From Anthoceros angustus (taxonomy: Eukaryota > Plantae > Anthocerotophyta): a stretch of DNA of 64,000 bases. The stretch covers positions 115,921-179,920 of the forward strand of contig VJWM01000266.1 of assembly GCA_010909165.1 (NCBI GenBank). The letters run 5' to 3'. The translations under genes were made by a program, and so were the position numbers. Below, piece by piece: positions 1-13,019 of the stretch (position 1 is its first letter; each line of letters opens with the position of its first letter). The notes under the pieces were generated by a model. It ran no database searches, was not told where the DNA came from, and saw nothing but the letters and a program-made list of their open reading frames with translations.

Positions 1-1061
1 AGAAAATAGGAAAATATTTTTAAAATGAAAAATGCCGAAAAGAAAACTTAACGGACGGGCTTGGCGGTTCGCCCGCCGTCCACACGGACGCTGGAGCTCG
101 GCCGCGTCTTATGACGGAGCGTCAGCGCCTGCCGCCAGCCGATTTTTCCCGGCCGTCGACCATTTCCAGGGCGCCCAGCCTAGAGTTCTAGTCCAAGAAA
201 ATAGTCAGTGCTTCGCATGTGGGGCTTGATTGCGATACCTGCCTTCATACCTTCCTCGCTATGCCATTGCGGCCATTGTCCGCTTGTGTTCTCCCTCCAA
301 ACAGGCGCCCTTAGGTCAGGCTCACAGGACATCCATGGCGGGAAACGATCCGAAGGAACTGAATTTGCAAAAGATCCTCCGACCTCCTACAACACCATTC
401 CTGCTGGGGAGGATTCTTCCATTGCTGCCACAATTTCACCACAACGGCATTGCGGCTGTGTCGATATCGCAGCACCACAAGGAAGAATAAGCAGATTGCC
501 ACGATGCAATCATGGCGATATCCATCTGCTTCCTAAAGTGGCTGGAAATTCACATATCATAAGGTCAAGGTAAGGCACGACGGCATCGTAGCTGTGGAAG
601 ATGGCCGCCATGACTATACCATTGGAAACAACAAATTTTCTGAACTTCTGTATATGAAAACATGGGTTGAATCGCGAATGGCAGCTGGAATGCCAGCAAT
701 TGATCTTCATCACAACACACCTACTGCAGTGCACGTTGGTGTAATCGAGATATCATCGTCGACTGAAAAAATATAGCTGATAACCTTCATGAAAAATCTA
801 ATAGCAAAGGTAGGAATCAACTTTCATGCCCATATATGCTCATACGTGCTGAAATGTTCCACTCCAGCTTGATTCACCGAAATTGATACAGATTTTACTG
901 AAGAAAATTTATGCAAGGGCAAGTCTCCTAAGACGGTCGACCATATGTTGTGGAGGAGGAGTTCCACGCCGTCTAAGTCGTCATAGGGGTGAAGGGTTGA
1001 GACACTAACGGGTGTGGGTTGCTTCCTTCTTAACACTGTGGGTTGGAGGACATGAGGATGC

Positions 1062-3235
1062 TTGCAGATGTCTAGTAGGGGACGATCTCGAGGAGACGCA
1101 CACAGAAGGTCGCCCCCACCTGTCACTGCAAGGGATTTACGAGCTTCACGGAGGAATCGGTTGAGGGAAGAAACTGCTGCTGTCGCTACCCGTCGACAGC
1201 AGGTGGAAGACGAGTTACGGGCGCTTGCGGAAGAAGCCGTCTTTGCTCCAGCAAACGAAGGAAGTGATGTCAGCGGACGGACGAATTGGAGGAAGGAGAG
1301 GCGGAGATCACCGACAGCGAGAGAAAGGAGGTCGTGGAGGAGGAAGTGGTGTCTAGCAGCAAGGAGGAGGCACACTCCCCGAGCGCGACCTACCCTTCAC
1401 GACCGTCGCGGAATTTCCACGACGTTTGGTTTCTCGAAGCGGTGAGACCACCCCAACTTCCAGCGAAACTGACAGCGACGACGAAGTAGTCAGCAGTGGG
1501 GAATTCCAGGCCTGGTCGGAGGACTTGGCTGAACGCCTCGATCGCATCGCCGATCAGCTTGATCTGTTGGGACGGACCACAAGGGGGGTCGCTACTCCTC
1601 CGTCGGTCGAGGATTTCAGCACCCAAAGATCTCGGTCTGTTTTCTGGTTCCCGAGGGAAGAAGAAGCATTGGGGCAGCAACAACGATCGGGACGAGCAAC
1701 ATGAGTGGAGCCGCTGGAGGAGGAGGGCGCCGCCCTCCATATGTGATCGTCAAATTCGGCGAGAAAAAGAGGGCGCGGGCGTTGTGAGAACTTTGAGCAC
1801 GTCTCCCACGCTAATTTGGAGGATGGAGTCGCCGATCGACTGCGCATCTTTCCCGGACTGCTGAGAGGGCACGCACAACAGTGGTATGGTCGCACCTACA
1901 ATGCGGTGGCGCCAACGGATTGGGAAGCCCTCAAAGCAGCCTTCTTGAATCGGTTCCGAGGGCTCAGCTATGCACACCATACTTTGGCAAAGTCGAGGAC
2001 CCTTCGTAGGAAGAAGCGAGAATCTCGATTATGTGGAAAGGTTTTACGGGTATCTGGATCGAGTTCCGAAATGTGCACCCGAGAGGCCGGGGGATCCACC
2101 CACCTCTGGGTACTCACAAGAGCAAGCGCTGGATTGGTTCGTGAGTGGCTTGTCTCGAAAAATGGAGGTACACTGCAGACGTGGGACGAAGACGTTGGCA
2201 GGAGCCCTCCGATTGGCTGAGGAATGGGAATCTGCCGAGTTAGGGAGGAGGAGGAAGAAGAGGCGAAGTCATAAGAAGAGGAAAGGGTCGAGGAGATCGA
2301 GCTCCTCGTCTTCCTCTGCCTCCTCCAGCTCGTCGCCCTCGTCCTCATCAGAAAGTGAGGACAGCGGAACTCAAGAAAGCTCCACATCGGATGAAGAATC
2401 AGAGAAGGCCTACGAACGGCGAATGAAGAAGGACTTGGAGAAGGTCAAAAGAAGGCAGGAAGAGGCGGAACGCGCGCTGGAGAAGGAGAGGAAAGGGAAG
2501 ACGGTCCGTCGGATGGAGAAGGGAGAAACGTCCAGGAGAGGTGGAATTGCGGGACAAGTGGAGGCTTTGACCAAGAGATTGACCGAATTAGAGGTCAAAG
2601 CTGTGAAGAACCAAGCTCCATGGAGATCTCCCTCACCGGCAAGACAGTTGGTGTATTGCTCAATTTGTCATCAAACGGGACACACCAACAGGGAATGTAT
2701 TCGCGCACCACGACATGCGGTAAATCATGTGGACACCGTCATGCCAGGGGACTATTGGTATGTGGATGAAGCTTACCAGGTGCAAGCGGTCACTGGAAGT
2801 CGGCCACCTCAATCAATGAGGGCGACTTACCAACCTGCTACACCAGTTCCCTCGAGGTATGGATCGCGACCGACATCGCCAGGACCATGGAGACCGGATT
2901 CATCACAGAGGCCGATGGCGATTCCACAAGGATGCTGTTATAATTGCGGAGCACCAGGTCACTACTCAAACGAATGCCCAGAACCACGAAAGCAAGTGGG
3001 TTATGTACCCTTTTGTCAAGTCTGCAAGGAATTGGGGCATAAGATGGGGGATCCCAGGTGCTCGGGTGTGGCGCGAGTAACACCAGCACGACCGGGGGTC
3101 AGGTTTACGGAACCGGTGGCAGAGGAGGCACGACCCAACCCTGAGACCGCGATTACCGTGACCACGACGCCGGTGTTGAAGGTGGAAGCGGAGTACGATT
3201 TCCTCGACGAATCCAGCGTGACATCAAGAATTTAG
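1062..3235 (+). pseudogene. gag: Ty3/Gypsy (Athila-like) Gag, frameshifted; pol absent downstream
   Basis: Retrotrans_gag-like core LLRGHAQQWY...DWEALKAAFLNRFRG (ORF 1816-2220). Three zinc knuckles in ORF 1970-3235: CSICHQTGHTNREC, CYNCGAPGHYSNEC, CQVCKELGHKMGDPRC. Homologous to the Gag at 51759-53463. Confidence 0.88.
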
Positions 3236-4356
3236 CCATTGCCACCTGTATGACGTGAAATTTCTTCGGGAGTGTAACTTCCTTCGACATTCCGTTCAGG
3301 TCCAAGAGGCCAGTCAGTACTTTCTCTATAACACTTATCAACATCTGTTGTCGACTCTCGGATGGGGATTCCTTGAAAGCTTATACGGCTTCCCTGCATC
3401 TCTTTGGGCTTCACAAAAGTCCATCAACTTGTTTTGTCTCGTCGGTTGCCTTCCGCTTACCTTTGCTCTTTTGCTTGTTCCTGCTCACATGCCGCACCTT
3501 TTCCGGGTAGCTCACACACTTCCACTTGAAAAAATTTGTCCACATTCTCCCAGACCTTACCCTCTAGTTTTGCAATGCACAGTATATGGGTTCTGTTGTC
3601 CACCTTGTTCTGCTTGTACTGCTCATCTTCACGGCCTTCATCGTCTTCAATCAAACCAAGCACCTTGTAGAGATTGAATTTCTAGTTCATGGTCATGCTC
3701 ACATGATCCCGCTTAGCTATCTGCAACTCATCCCGGAGATACCAAACCTGCTCAATAAAATTCATCTTCTTTCGCTTGTCCGCCATCGGTTGTGATCGGT
3801 AGCTAGAATCCTCATCTCGAGAGGCAGTTAGGCCACAATACACATGGGCTTGATCCCTTTAATCGCCTTCCCGATGAGATATGTGCAGGTGCCTCATGGG
3901 CGTAGGTATGGTTCCCACCTAATACGCCATGACATACTTCTTCGCTCTAAACCTTTTCCAAGTTGTTCAATGTCCTCGCGTGCAGGATCAATCATACATA
4001 GAAGAGGAAGCACTCCTTCTTCAATCCTCCCTTAGCAATGTGATGAGCAAGATAATTGGCCCATGCCTCATCAACTTTACGGATGGGCATCGAGGTCGGG
4101 AAGGGCTGGCGCAAATTTTCCGGTTTCAGCTTGATTTGAGGACAACCTTTTTGGGTGGGCGGTCGAATATTGATGTAGTCTTCCTCCATATGCAATGCCG
4201 CCAAGCGCCACTTTGTCGATTTCCACATGAGCAGTATGAATCTCACTGCTTCAGCCGGATGGTGGTGCAGCGCTTACATCTTCCGACTTTGCGTCTTTGA
4301 CTACTCAAATTCACATTACATTACTCCTTCGCAATCCCCTTTGCTGTTTTCGCCTT
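3232..4356 (-). pseudogene. ParB/Sulfiredoxin-like domain gene fragment, copy 1
   Basis: Minus strand gives IRKVDEAWANYLAHHIAKGG ... GVLGGNHTYA (GGNH at 3908-3919) ... HVYCGL ... KMNFIEQVWYLRDEL, across frameshifts. Confidence 0.6.
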
Positions 4357-4629
4357 TGTGAAGTGGTGAGGTCGCTGAATATGGACACCTTCCTTGGAAG
4401 GTGGGCGCGCGGATAAGCGTAGGCAAATGGTAATAGCATCCTAGGAATAGAACCTTGGATAGGGTGCCATCGGACCTAAGATCGTTAATTGTGGCGCGAG
4501 TAACACCAGACGACCGGAGGTCAGGTTCTGGAACCGGTGGCGGAGGAGGCACGACCCAACCACGAGACCGCGATTCTGGACCCCTTGGGGTGGAAGGTGG
4601 AAGCGATTTCCTCGGCCAGATCGTGTGAC

Positions 4630-5747
4630 ATCAAGAATTTAGCCATTGCCACCTGTGGCGTGAAATTTCTTCGGGAGTGTAACTTCCTTGACATTCCGTT
4701 CGGGTCCAAGAGGCCGGTCAATTACTTTCTCTATAACACTTATCAACATCATTGTCACGACTCTCGGATGGGATTCCTTGAAAGCTTCACGGCTTCCCTG
4801 CATCTCTTTGGGCTTCACAAAAGTCCATCAACTTGTTTTGTCTCGTCGGTTGCCTTCCGCTTACCTTTGCTCTTTTGCTTGTTCTGCTGCGACATGCACC
4901 GCTCGGGTAGCTCACACTTCCCACTTGAAAAAATTTGTCCACATTCTCCCGGACCTTACCCTCTAGTTTTGCAATGCACAAGATATGGGTTACATTGTCC
5001 ACCTTACGCTTGTCACTCATCTTCACGGCCTTCATCGTCTTCAATCAAACCAAGCACCTTGTAGAGATTGAATTTCTAGTTCATGGTCATGCTCACATGA
5101 TCCCGCTTAGCTATCTGCAACTCATCCCGGAGATACCAAACCTGCTCAATAAAATTCATCTTCTTTCGCTTGTCCGCCATCTGGTTGTGATCGGTAGCTA
5201 GAATCCTCATCTCAGAGACAGTTAGGCCACAATACACATGGGCTTCGATCCACTGAAAATGCGCCTTCCCCGATGAGATATGTGCAAGGTGCCTCATGGC
5301 TGCGTAGGTATGGTTCCCACCTAATACGCCTATGACATACTTCTTCGCTCTAAACCTTTTCCAAGTTGTTCAATGTCCTCGCATTCTGCAGGATCAATCA
5401 TACATAGAAGAGGAAGCACTCCTTCTTCAATCCTCCCCTTAGCAATGACGCGAGCAAGATAATTGGCCCATGCCTCATCAACTTTCTGGATCTGGGCATC
5501 GGAGGAAGGAAGGGCTGCCGATTTCACCAACAGTTTCGAGGACAACCTTTTGGAGTGGGCGGTATCGAATATTCGTCAGGTAGTCTTCCTCCATATGCAA
5601 TGCCGCCAAGCGCTCGATTTCCACATGAAGTATGAATCTCACTTCTTTGTCGGATGGTCGGTGCAGCGCTTACATCTTCCGACTTTAGTGCCTTTGACTA
5701 CTCCAAATTACATTACTCCTTCCAATCCCCTTTGCTGTTTTCGCCTT
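4630..5747 (-). pseudogene. ParB/Sulfiredoxin-like domain gene fragment, copy 2
   Basis: In-frame KKYVIGVLGGNHTYAAMRHLAHISSGKAHFQWIEAHVYCGLTVSEMRILATDHNQ (GGNH at 5310-5321). Its 5' end abuts an LTR at 5748. A third partial copy lies at ~8345-8671. Confidence 0.65.
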
Positions 5748-8054
5748 TGTGAAGTGGTGAGGAGTCGCTGAATATGGACACCTTCCTTGGAAGGGTGGGC
5801 GGTAGCCTTGAGATAAGCGTAGGCAAATGGTAATAGCATCCTAGGAATAGAACCTTGGATAGGGTGCCATACTGGACCTAAGATCGTTCGAATTGTAGGC
5901 GCGTCTCTTCACGTTTAGCATTGTTTTAGGACTGGAAATCGGTGGCCTATGGCGCCGGCCGATGTACAAAAGGGGCGGATCTTCCTCGCTCTCGATTAGC
6001 CCTCGGGGCTTAGTCCACACCACACACACTTTAGTTTTGAACACAACCAAGCGGGGAAAGGTGAGAGGAAGGGAAACTCGCAGGCGTCCATGACGCGAGC
6101 AAGCTCCGGACCGTCCGCCCGGTCCCTCGATTTCCTCCTCCTTTGTGAGCGAGCGCTCACTCACCCCTCTCCACCGGTTGCGAACAAGCTCTCAACCACC
6201 CCTAGGAGGCGTCTCGCGCACCACCTCTACCAATCGGACGTCTCCAACTAGCCACATGTAGTGTGGGGATCTCAACCAAGAATTATCCGGCGTGGGGGTG
6301 AGAGAAATGGAGAAGCGAGATGCGGACGGGAGAAGAGTGGGTGAAGGGTGGGCGGTAGCCTTGAGATAAGCGTAGGCAAATGGTAATAGCATCCTAGGAA
6401 TAGAACCTTGGATAGGGTGCCATCGACCTAAGATCGTTCGAATTGTAGGCGCGTCTCTTCACGTTTAGCTGTTTTAGGACTGAGAAATCGGTGGCCTATG
6501 GCGCCCGACCGATGTACAAAAGGGGCGGATCTTCCTCGCGCTCTCGATTAGCCCTCGGGGCTTCCGTCCACACACACACACACTTTAGTTTTGAACACAA
6601 CCAACGGGGAAAGGTGAGAGGAAGGGAAGCTTCATGAGCGTCTGACCGTTACGAGCAAGCTCCGGACCCGTCCGCGCCCGGTCCCTCGATTTCCTCCTCC
6701 TTTGTGAGCGAGCGCTCACTCACCCCTCTCCACCGGTTGCGGAGCAAGCTCTCAACCACCCCTAGGAGGCGTCTCGCACCACCTCTACCAATCGGACGTC
6801 TCCAACTAGCCACATGTAGTGTGGGGATCTCAACCAAGAATTATCCGGCGTGGGGGTGAGAGAAATGGAGAAGCGAGATGCGGACGGGAGAAGAGTGGGT
6901 GAAGGGTGGGCGGTAGCCTTGAGATAAGCGTAGGCAAATGGTAATAGCATCCTAGGAATAGAACCTTGGATAGGGTGCCATCGACCTAAGATCGTTCGAA
7001 TTGTAGGCGCGTCTCTTCACGTTTAGCTGTTTTAGGACTGAGAAATCGGTGGCCTATGGCGCCCGACCGATGTACAAAAGGGGCGGATCTTCCTCGCGCT
7101 CTCGATTAGCCCTCGGGGCTTCCGTCCACACACACACACACTTTAGTTTTGAACACAACCAACGGGGAAAGGTGAGAGGAAGGGAAGCTTCATGAGCGTC
7201 TGACCGTTACGAGCAAGCTCCGGACCCGTCCGCGCCCGGTCCCTCGATTTCCTCCTCCTTTGTGAGCGAGCGCTCACTCACCCCTCTCCACCGGTTGCGG
7301 AGCAAGCTCTCAACCACCCCTAGGAGGCGTCGCGACACCACCTCTACCAATCGGACGTCTCCAACTAGCCACATGTAGTGTGGGGATCTCAACCAAGAAT
7401 TATCTGGCGTGGGGGGTGAGAGAAATGGGAGAAGCGAGATGCGGACGCGGGAGAAGAGTGGGTGAAGGAGTGACTGAGCACTGTACGCGATGCGAGGTGT
7501 GAAGCTGTGAAGGGAAGTTGGGAAGGAGAACTAATTGAGAGACTAACAGTGGAAATTTGCGCGGATCAAAGAGGATCCAAACCGGTCCTGTTGATGGAAG
7601 TGTGCGCAGGTGGAAATAATGTTTCCATGTGGAGCTGTGTAAGTGTGGCGTCTTGGCGCGTGAGAGGGAGCGGTTGAAAGGGGATCTGTGGAAACCCAAC
7701 CCCCTAAGTGCCAGTGTGTGTGTACGAGTGTAGAGTGCAAAATAAAGTCTGATCCGGTGCAGGTGATAGCCCCGTGGCAGGAAACCCTGGTGCCGCGCGT
7801 CAAAACTAAGTCGCTAGGATTAGAAGTGGGACCCACCTCGGTAGTCATAGCAGCTACCCGGTAGGAGTGGGAGTCGCCGCGGTGGTAGCTCGGAGGCGAA
7901 GGTGGTAGAATAAGAACCGCGGTTGTAGAATAAGACGTGTGGTCGTAGGACAAGATTGGTGGTAGCTAGACAAGTCGGGAATAGTGGATGAGCGATAGAC
8001 AAGAAGAGTGACAGTACGTGAGTCACGATTTAGGCAAAGGTCAATAGTGATAGG
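5748..8054 (+). mobile_element. Athila-like LTR (left part), duplicate copy with internal triplication
   Basis: Starts TGTGAAGTGG, matches 8672-9863, and ends at the same insertion point (...gatagg|tgtcgtg). Confidence 0.7.
5792..7465. repeat. ~558 bp unit tandemly repeated 3 times inside the LTR
   Basis: gggtgggcggtagccttgagataagcg recurs at ~5793, ~6346 and ~6904. Units 2 and 3 are nearly identical. Junctions are at gaagg(g)tg microhomology. Confidence 0.9.
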
Positions 8055-9863
8055 TGTCGTGCGAAATACACCTAGCCTCGACATGAACTCATGATCTGAG
8101 TTCTTAGCGGCTCTGCAGACCTTCTTTCACATCGTAGTCAAAACAGCTGAGGGTCTTTGTGCTGGCATCCCTTCCCAGTCTAACGGTCGCCCATCGTGAT
8201 TGTGCAGTAGCGACAACCAGAGTGAAAACTCCTGTCCTTGTTTAGACCTCGAGGTTGCATTCCCCAAGGTCGTGAGAGTTAGCTCGGCACGGCGATCGAT
8301 ACGCGTTGCGGGTTCTTGTTTGAGTTACAGCAATAAGTGCATAGCAGCAATGACGCCGAGCAAGATAATTGGCCCATGCCTCATCAACTTTCCGGATGGG
8401 CATCGGAGGAAGGAAGGGCTGCCGATTTCACCAACAGTTTCGAGGACAACCTTTTGGAGTGGGCGGTATCGAATATTCGTCAGGTAGTCTTCCTCCATAT
8501 GCAATGCCGCCAAGCGCTCACTGTCGATTTCCACATGAACAGTATGAATCTCACTGCTGTCGGATGGTCAGGTGCCGCGCTTACCTGTCTTCCGACTTTG
8601 CGTGCCTTTGACTACTCCAAATTCTGTTCTGTTACTCCTTCCGCAATCCCCTTTGCCTGTTTTCTGCCTTTTGTGAAGTGGTGAGGAGTCGCTGGGAATA
8701 TGGACACCTTCCTTGGAAGGGTGGGCGCCGGGGGCGGGCGCGCAGATAGCGTAGGCAAATGGTAATAGCATCCTAGGAATAGAACCTTGGATAGGGTGCC
8801 ATACTGGACCTAAGATCGTTCGGAATTGTAGGCGCGTCTCTTCACGTTTAGCTGTTTTTAGGACCTGAGAAATCTGGTGGCCTATGACGCCCCAGCCGAT
8901 GTACAAAAGGGGCGGATCTTCCTCGCGCTCTCGATTCGCCCTCAGGCTTCCGTCCACACACCACACACACTTTAGTTTTCGGAACACAACCAACGGGGGA
9001 AAGGTGAGAGGAAGGGAAGCTTCATGAGCGTCTGACCGTTACGAGCAAGCTCCGGACCCGTCCGCGCCCGGTCCCTCGATTTCCTCCTCCTTTGTGAGCG
9101 AGGAGCGCTCACTCACCCCCCTCTCCACCAGTTGCGGAGCAAGCTCTCAACCACCCCTAGGAGCGTCTCGCGCACACCACCTCTACCAATCGGACGTCTC
9201 CAACTAGCCACATGTAGTGTGGGGATCTCAACCAAGAATTATCTGGCGTGGGGGGTGAGAGAAATGGAGAAGCGAGATGCGACGGGAGAAGAGTGGGTGA
9301 AGGTGAGCAGCATGTCTGTGATCACGAGGTGTGAAGCTATGAAGGAAGTTGGGAAGGAGAACTAATTGAGAGACTAAGGAAATTTGCAGCGGATCAAAGA
9401 GGATCCAAACCGGTCCTGTTGATGTGTGCGCGGTGGAAATAATGTTTCCATGTGTGTAAGTGTGGCGTCTTGGCGCGTGAGAGGGAGCGGTTGAAAGGGG
9501 ATCTGTGGAAACCCAACCCCCTAAGTGCCAGTGTGTGTATGCAGGTAGAGTGCAAAATAAAGTCACGATCCGGTGCGGTGATAGCCCCGTGGCGGAAACC
9601 ACAGTGCCCGTAGCGTCAAAACTAAGTCGCTAGGATTAGAAGTGGGACCCACCTCGGTAGTCATAGCGCTACCGGTAGGAGTGGGAGTCGTGATTGGTAG
9701 CTCGAGGCGAAGGTGGTAGAATAAGAACCGCGGTTGTAGAATAAGGCGTGTGGTCGTAGGACAAGATTGGTGGTAGCTAGACAGAGTCGGGAATAGTGGA
9801 TGAGCGATAGACAAGAAGAGTGAGTCGTGAGTCACGATTTAGGCAAAGGTCAATAGTGATAGG

Positions 9864-10714
9864 TGTCGTGCGAAATACACCTAGCCTCGACATGAACTCA
9901 TGATCTGAGTTCTTAGCGGCTCTGCAGACCTTCTTTCACATCGTAGTCAAAAGCAGCTGAGGGTCTTTGTCTTGGCATCCTTCCGATCTAGCAGTCGCCC
10001 ATCGTGATTGTGCGATGGCGACAACCAGTGAAAACTCCACATCCTTGTTTAGACCTCGAGGTTGCATTCCCCAAGGTCGTGAGAGTTAGCTCCGGGCAAG
10101 CCTGATCACTGATACACGCGTTGCCCGGGTTACTGTTTGAGTTGCAATAAGTGCATAGCAATCAGCAGCCGTTCATGCCCACAAACGTCAATCACTCCCA
10201 CAGCGTACACTCCAGCAATTCGCACTGAGATTGAATGCAGAATTGACAAGTTGTTTTGCGTGAGCAGCTACTCGATGAGCTCTGAACGTTCACCAGTTTC
10301 CAGCTATGACTTCTAACAACTGATTCTCCTAAGGCCGAAGGCTTGCACTTAGCTGTTGGTTCTCTCTCACAGCGATTCGCGTTCATCCTGCTTTTCCCAT
10401 GCGCCGGGGATGGCCGTCTGCACACATAATGCTTGGTGGAGTCGGCGTCCAGGGACTTGTGTTGATCATTGAGCGCCAGCGCTCCCACTACTAGGATTTG
10501 CAAGCCGTCCTTGGCCAGCGTGAAGCACGCTAGTGTGACCTAGTGCCCATCAGTGATGATCAAGTCACGAGCCACGTGGTGGCTAACCTAACCTAGCGCC
10601 GCTTAACTAACTACCTCCGTCTCACTTATTATCTAAATAACAAATGAACATTGATACGCTCTATCCTACCTTGGGCATGTGTCGGACCGCGATCGGCGCC
10701 ACTTATCGGTTGTC
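9864..10714 (-). repeat. 3' LTR of the DNMT-Gypsy (~850 bp); partial copies at 8055-8350 and 10711-10900
   Basis: Begins tgtcgtgcgaaatacacc and ends ...gtcggac...ttgtc. Similar to 18870-20022. Contains a G-box (gccacgtgg) next to a ctaacc(c)taa telo-like motif. Confidence 0.8.
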
Positions 10715-10947
10715 GTGTAAATACACCTAGCCTCAGAACGCTGTGAACTCATGATGCGGTCAGTTCTTAGCAGCTCACAGACCTTCTTTGCAGTCTTTGT
10801 CGTAGTCAAAACAGCTGAGGGTCTTTGTGGCCGCATCCTTCGATCTAGCAGTGCGCCCATCGTGATAGTGCGATGGCGACAACTAGGTGAAAACTCTGTC
10901 CCCCAGTTTGGCGACCCGGTGCCAAAATGAGCCTGACCATTATTGAC

Positions 10948-11238
10948 TCACTGAGGGTACCATTGGCACAGGTTGGATGAGGATACCCTACAATTGGGGC
11001 AGTACCATAGCTGCTCCGGCACATCTTCCACTGGTGGTGTTAAGCAAAATAAATGGAAACCGCCGTTGCACCCATCACACAACAACATGAGTTTAGCATC
11101 ATCCACTCGTCGGCATACCTGACATGGGTAGTCCGCAGTGGTATCCAATTTGTGGTGACAATCGTGGGGTCCAGTTTGGCGGTGTGAGCGCAGCTTGAGG
11201 TGGTGACCGCCCCGCCCCTTGTAACACCAATACCCCAT
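10948..11238 (-). CDS. PHD finger at the integrase C-terminus
   Basis: CQVCRRVDDAKLMLLCDGCNGGFHLFCLTPPVEDVPEQLWYCPNC is a complete C4-H-C3 PHD pattern. Confidence 0.95.
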   Translation of the reverse strand: MGYWCYKGRGGHHLKLRSHRQTGPHDCHHKLDTTADYPCQVCRRVDDAKLMLLCDGCNGGFHLFCLTPPVEDVPEQLWYCPNCRVSSSNLCQWYPQ

Positions 11239-11239
11239 T

Positions 11240-12263
11240 GTCCTTGACCTCCTTCACACGGAGCACATGCCGGCTAGCCCCTGAATCCAATGTGTCTTGA
11301 GTCTGTCTCTGCAAGTACACATAGTCTCCGGGATGAAACTTCCGGACCTTGGGCCGGAAGTTTCTCGGTGCGTGAGCATGCGTAGGTATCCTCGGCTGGG
11401 CAATGCGTAAGTTGGCCATTGCCATCGGCATCACCCTCGAAATAGCTTGGCCCGCTCACCGATTGCCTTGGCCCAAGTAGTGGGGTCGTCCAGTCGCAAC
11501 ACCTCTTGCATCTGCTTCGCTATGGCAACCGGGGGGACAGGCTCCCTTCCAAACAGTAGGAAGTAAGGCGAGAAATGGGCCAAGGAGGCGTGTTTGCTCA
11601 TCCTATAACCCATGGCAATGTAGGGCAAGGCTAAATCCCAATCTGTCTTGCGAGTAGTCATACAAAGCTTGTGGAGTCCTTTCTTGGTGGTCTGTACATA
11701 TCTCTCCGCTAGCCCGTCTACCTGCGGGTGATCGCGACTAGTCCGTCTGTGATCAATCAGGGCAGAGTCAAGTAAGTCCTGGAATTCGCCCCTGAACTCT
11801 GAGCCTTGGTCGGTTAAGCACTCCGCGCAACTGCCAAACTTGCTAAGAACATTTTGTAGGAATGCCATAGCCGTGCTGCGTGATGACTTATCGGCAGGGC
11901 CACCAACTCCACCCACTTGGAGAAATGCTCGATCATTACCATGACGTATACATTTCCCCTAGGTGTACGTGGCAGCTCACCTAGCAGGTCGCAGGACCAC
12001 CGGTAGAAAAGTCCCATGATGGACAAAGGGTGGAGTTGCGAGTGAGTGTCCCGAAAGTTAGCTTTCACCCTGTCACACTGCACGCACCTCGCCACCGCCT
12101 CTCTCACTTGCACGTACATTCCATGCCAATGGAAATGAGGGGTCAGCAAACTGTAAGTTCGCTTGACCCCGTAATGCCCCATGCCTTCATGAACACGGTT
12201 AACCAGCCCCTCGCGCTCGTGTGGTGGTGGTACTAATTTCTCAATACCGTTGCTCAGCTTCAC
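11240..12263 (-). pseudogene. pol: Gypsy integrase (H2C2 zinc finger + DDE core), frameshifted
   Basis: HEGMGHYGVKRT...CVQCDRVK; FYRWSCDLLGELP; CLTDQGSEFRGEF; HPQVDGLAERYVQ; FSPYFLLFGREP. Confidence 0.95.
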
Positions 12264-12275
12264 GACGGATAGTTG

Positions 12276-12860
12276 TCACCCGGTGATACAGCGGCTCGCC
12301 TCTGGATTCGCTCCTGCCAGCCGCACTCCTCCGTAGCCGGCCCCCAGTATGTAATGTAAGGTAACCGAGTCCCTCCATATGTCTTGTTGTGCGCGATGAT
12401 CCCGCTTCACATGCCCGCCCAAGACCACCATGGCCACCCACGAACGGGAGGGTATTTCATCATGGTCTTGTCGAGCCTCCGTGTTATCCAGGTCGCTGCC
12501 AATAGGGTTTCGGGACAGAGTATCAGCATTCTGATGGCAGACTCCCGGCCTGTGCACAATGTCGAAGTCATAGTCTTGCAGGGTCATTGCCCACCTTGCT
12601 AATTTGCCACTGAGTTTTGTGTTAGTCATGAGCCACTTTAGTGGCTGGTGATCCGTCACCAACGTGAACTTCCTACCGTAGAGATACGGTCTGAAGTGAC
12701 ACACACCCCATACAGCAGCCAGGCATTCTCCTTCGTAACTGCCATAATTGGCCTCGGCCTTGTTGTTGCTCCTGGAAGCATACGCCACTACCCGTTCATG
12801 ATCCCGCTCATCCACCGAGCCAAGATCCCCAGATGCTCCAACTGTAGCACAAAGGCTCAT
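12276..12860 (-). CDS. pol: RNase H (Ty3/Gypsy type)
   Basis: VVAYASRSNNKAEANYGSYEGECLAAVWGV...FTLVTDHQPLKWL...LARWAMTLQDYDFDIVHRPGVCHQNADTLSR. Confidence 0.95.
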   Translation of the reverse strand: MSLCATVGASGDLGSVDERDHERVVAYASRSNNKAEANYGSYEGECLAAVWGVCHFRPYLYGRKFTLVTDHQPLKWLMTNTKLSGKLARWAMTLQDYDFDIVHRPGVCHQNADTLSRNPIGSDLDNTEARQDHDEIPSRSWVAMVVLGGHVKRDHRAQQDIWRDSVTLHYILGAGYGGVRLAGANPEASRCITG

Positions 12861-13019
12861 CGAAGTTGGGTCGCCATGTGGCAGTGTCCACTAACCTACC
12901 CTTCATTTGAATGCTTCCCGGCACTCTATGCTCCATTCCCATTGCACATCCTTTCGCACAGTCGTTTCAACCGCTTTGCTGCTAAAACCTTGTATGTACA
13001 GATAATAGTTGCAGAGTCC

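Larger units (their letters stand above)
3069..5900. repeat. ~1.42 kb imperfect tandem duplication (3069-4490 / 4491-5900)
   Basis: gtggcgcgagtaacacca recurs at ~3068 and ~4491. Both copies carry the gag tail, the ParB-like fragment and an LTR start. The junction falls at tgt(a)ggcgcg microhomology. Confidence 0.85.

Noticed and set aside
1-940. Short ORFs on both strands at the left edge
   Set aside because: No recognisable motif or terminal repeat; cannot assign.
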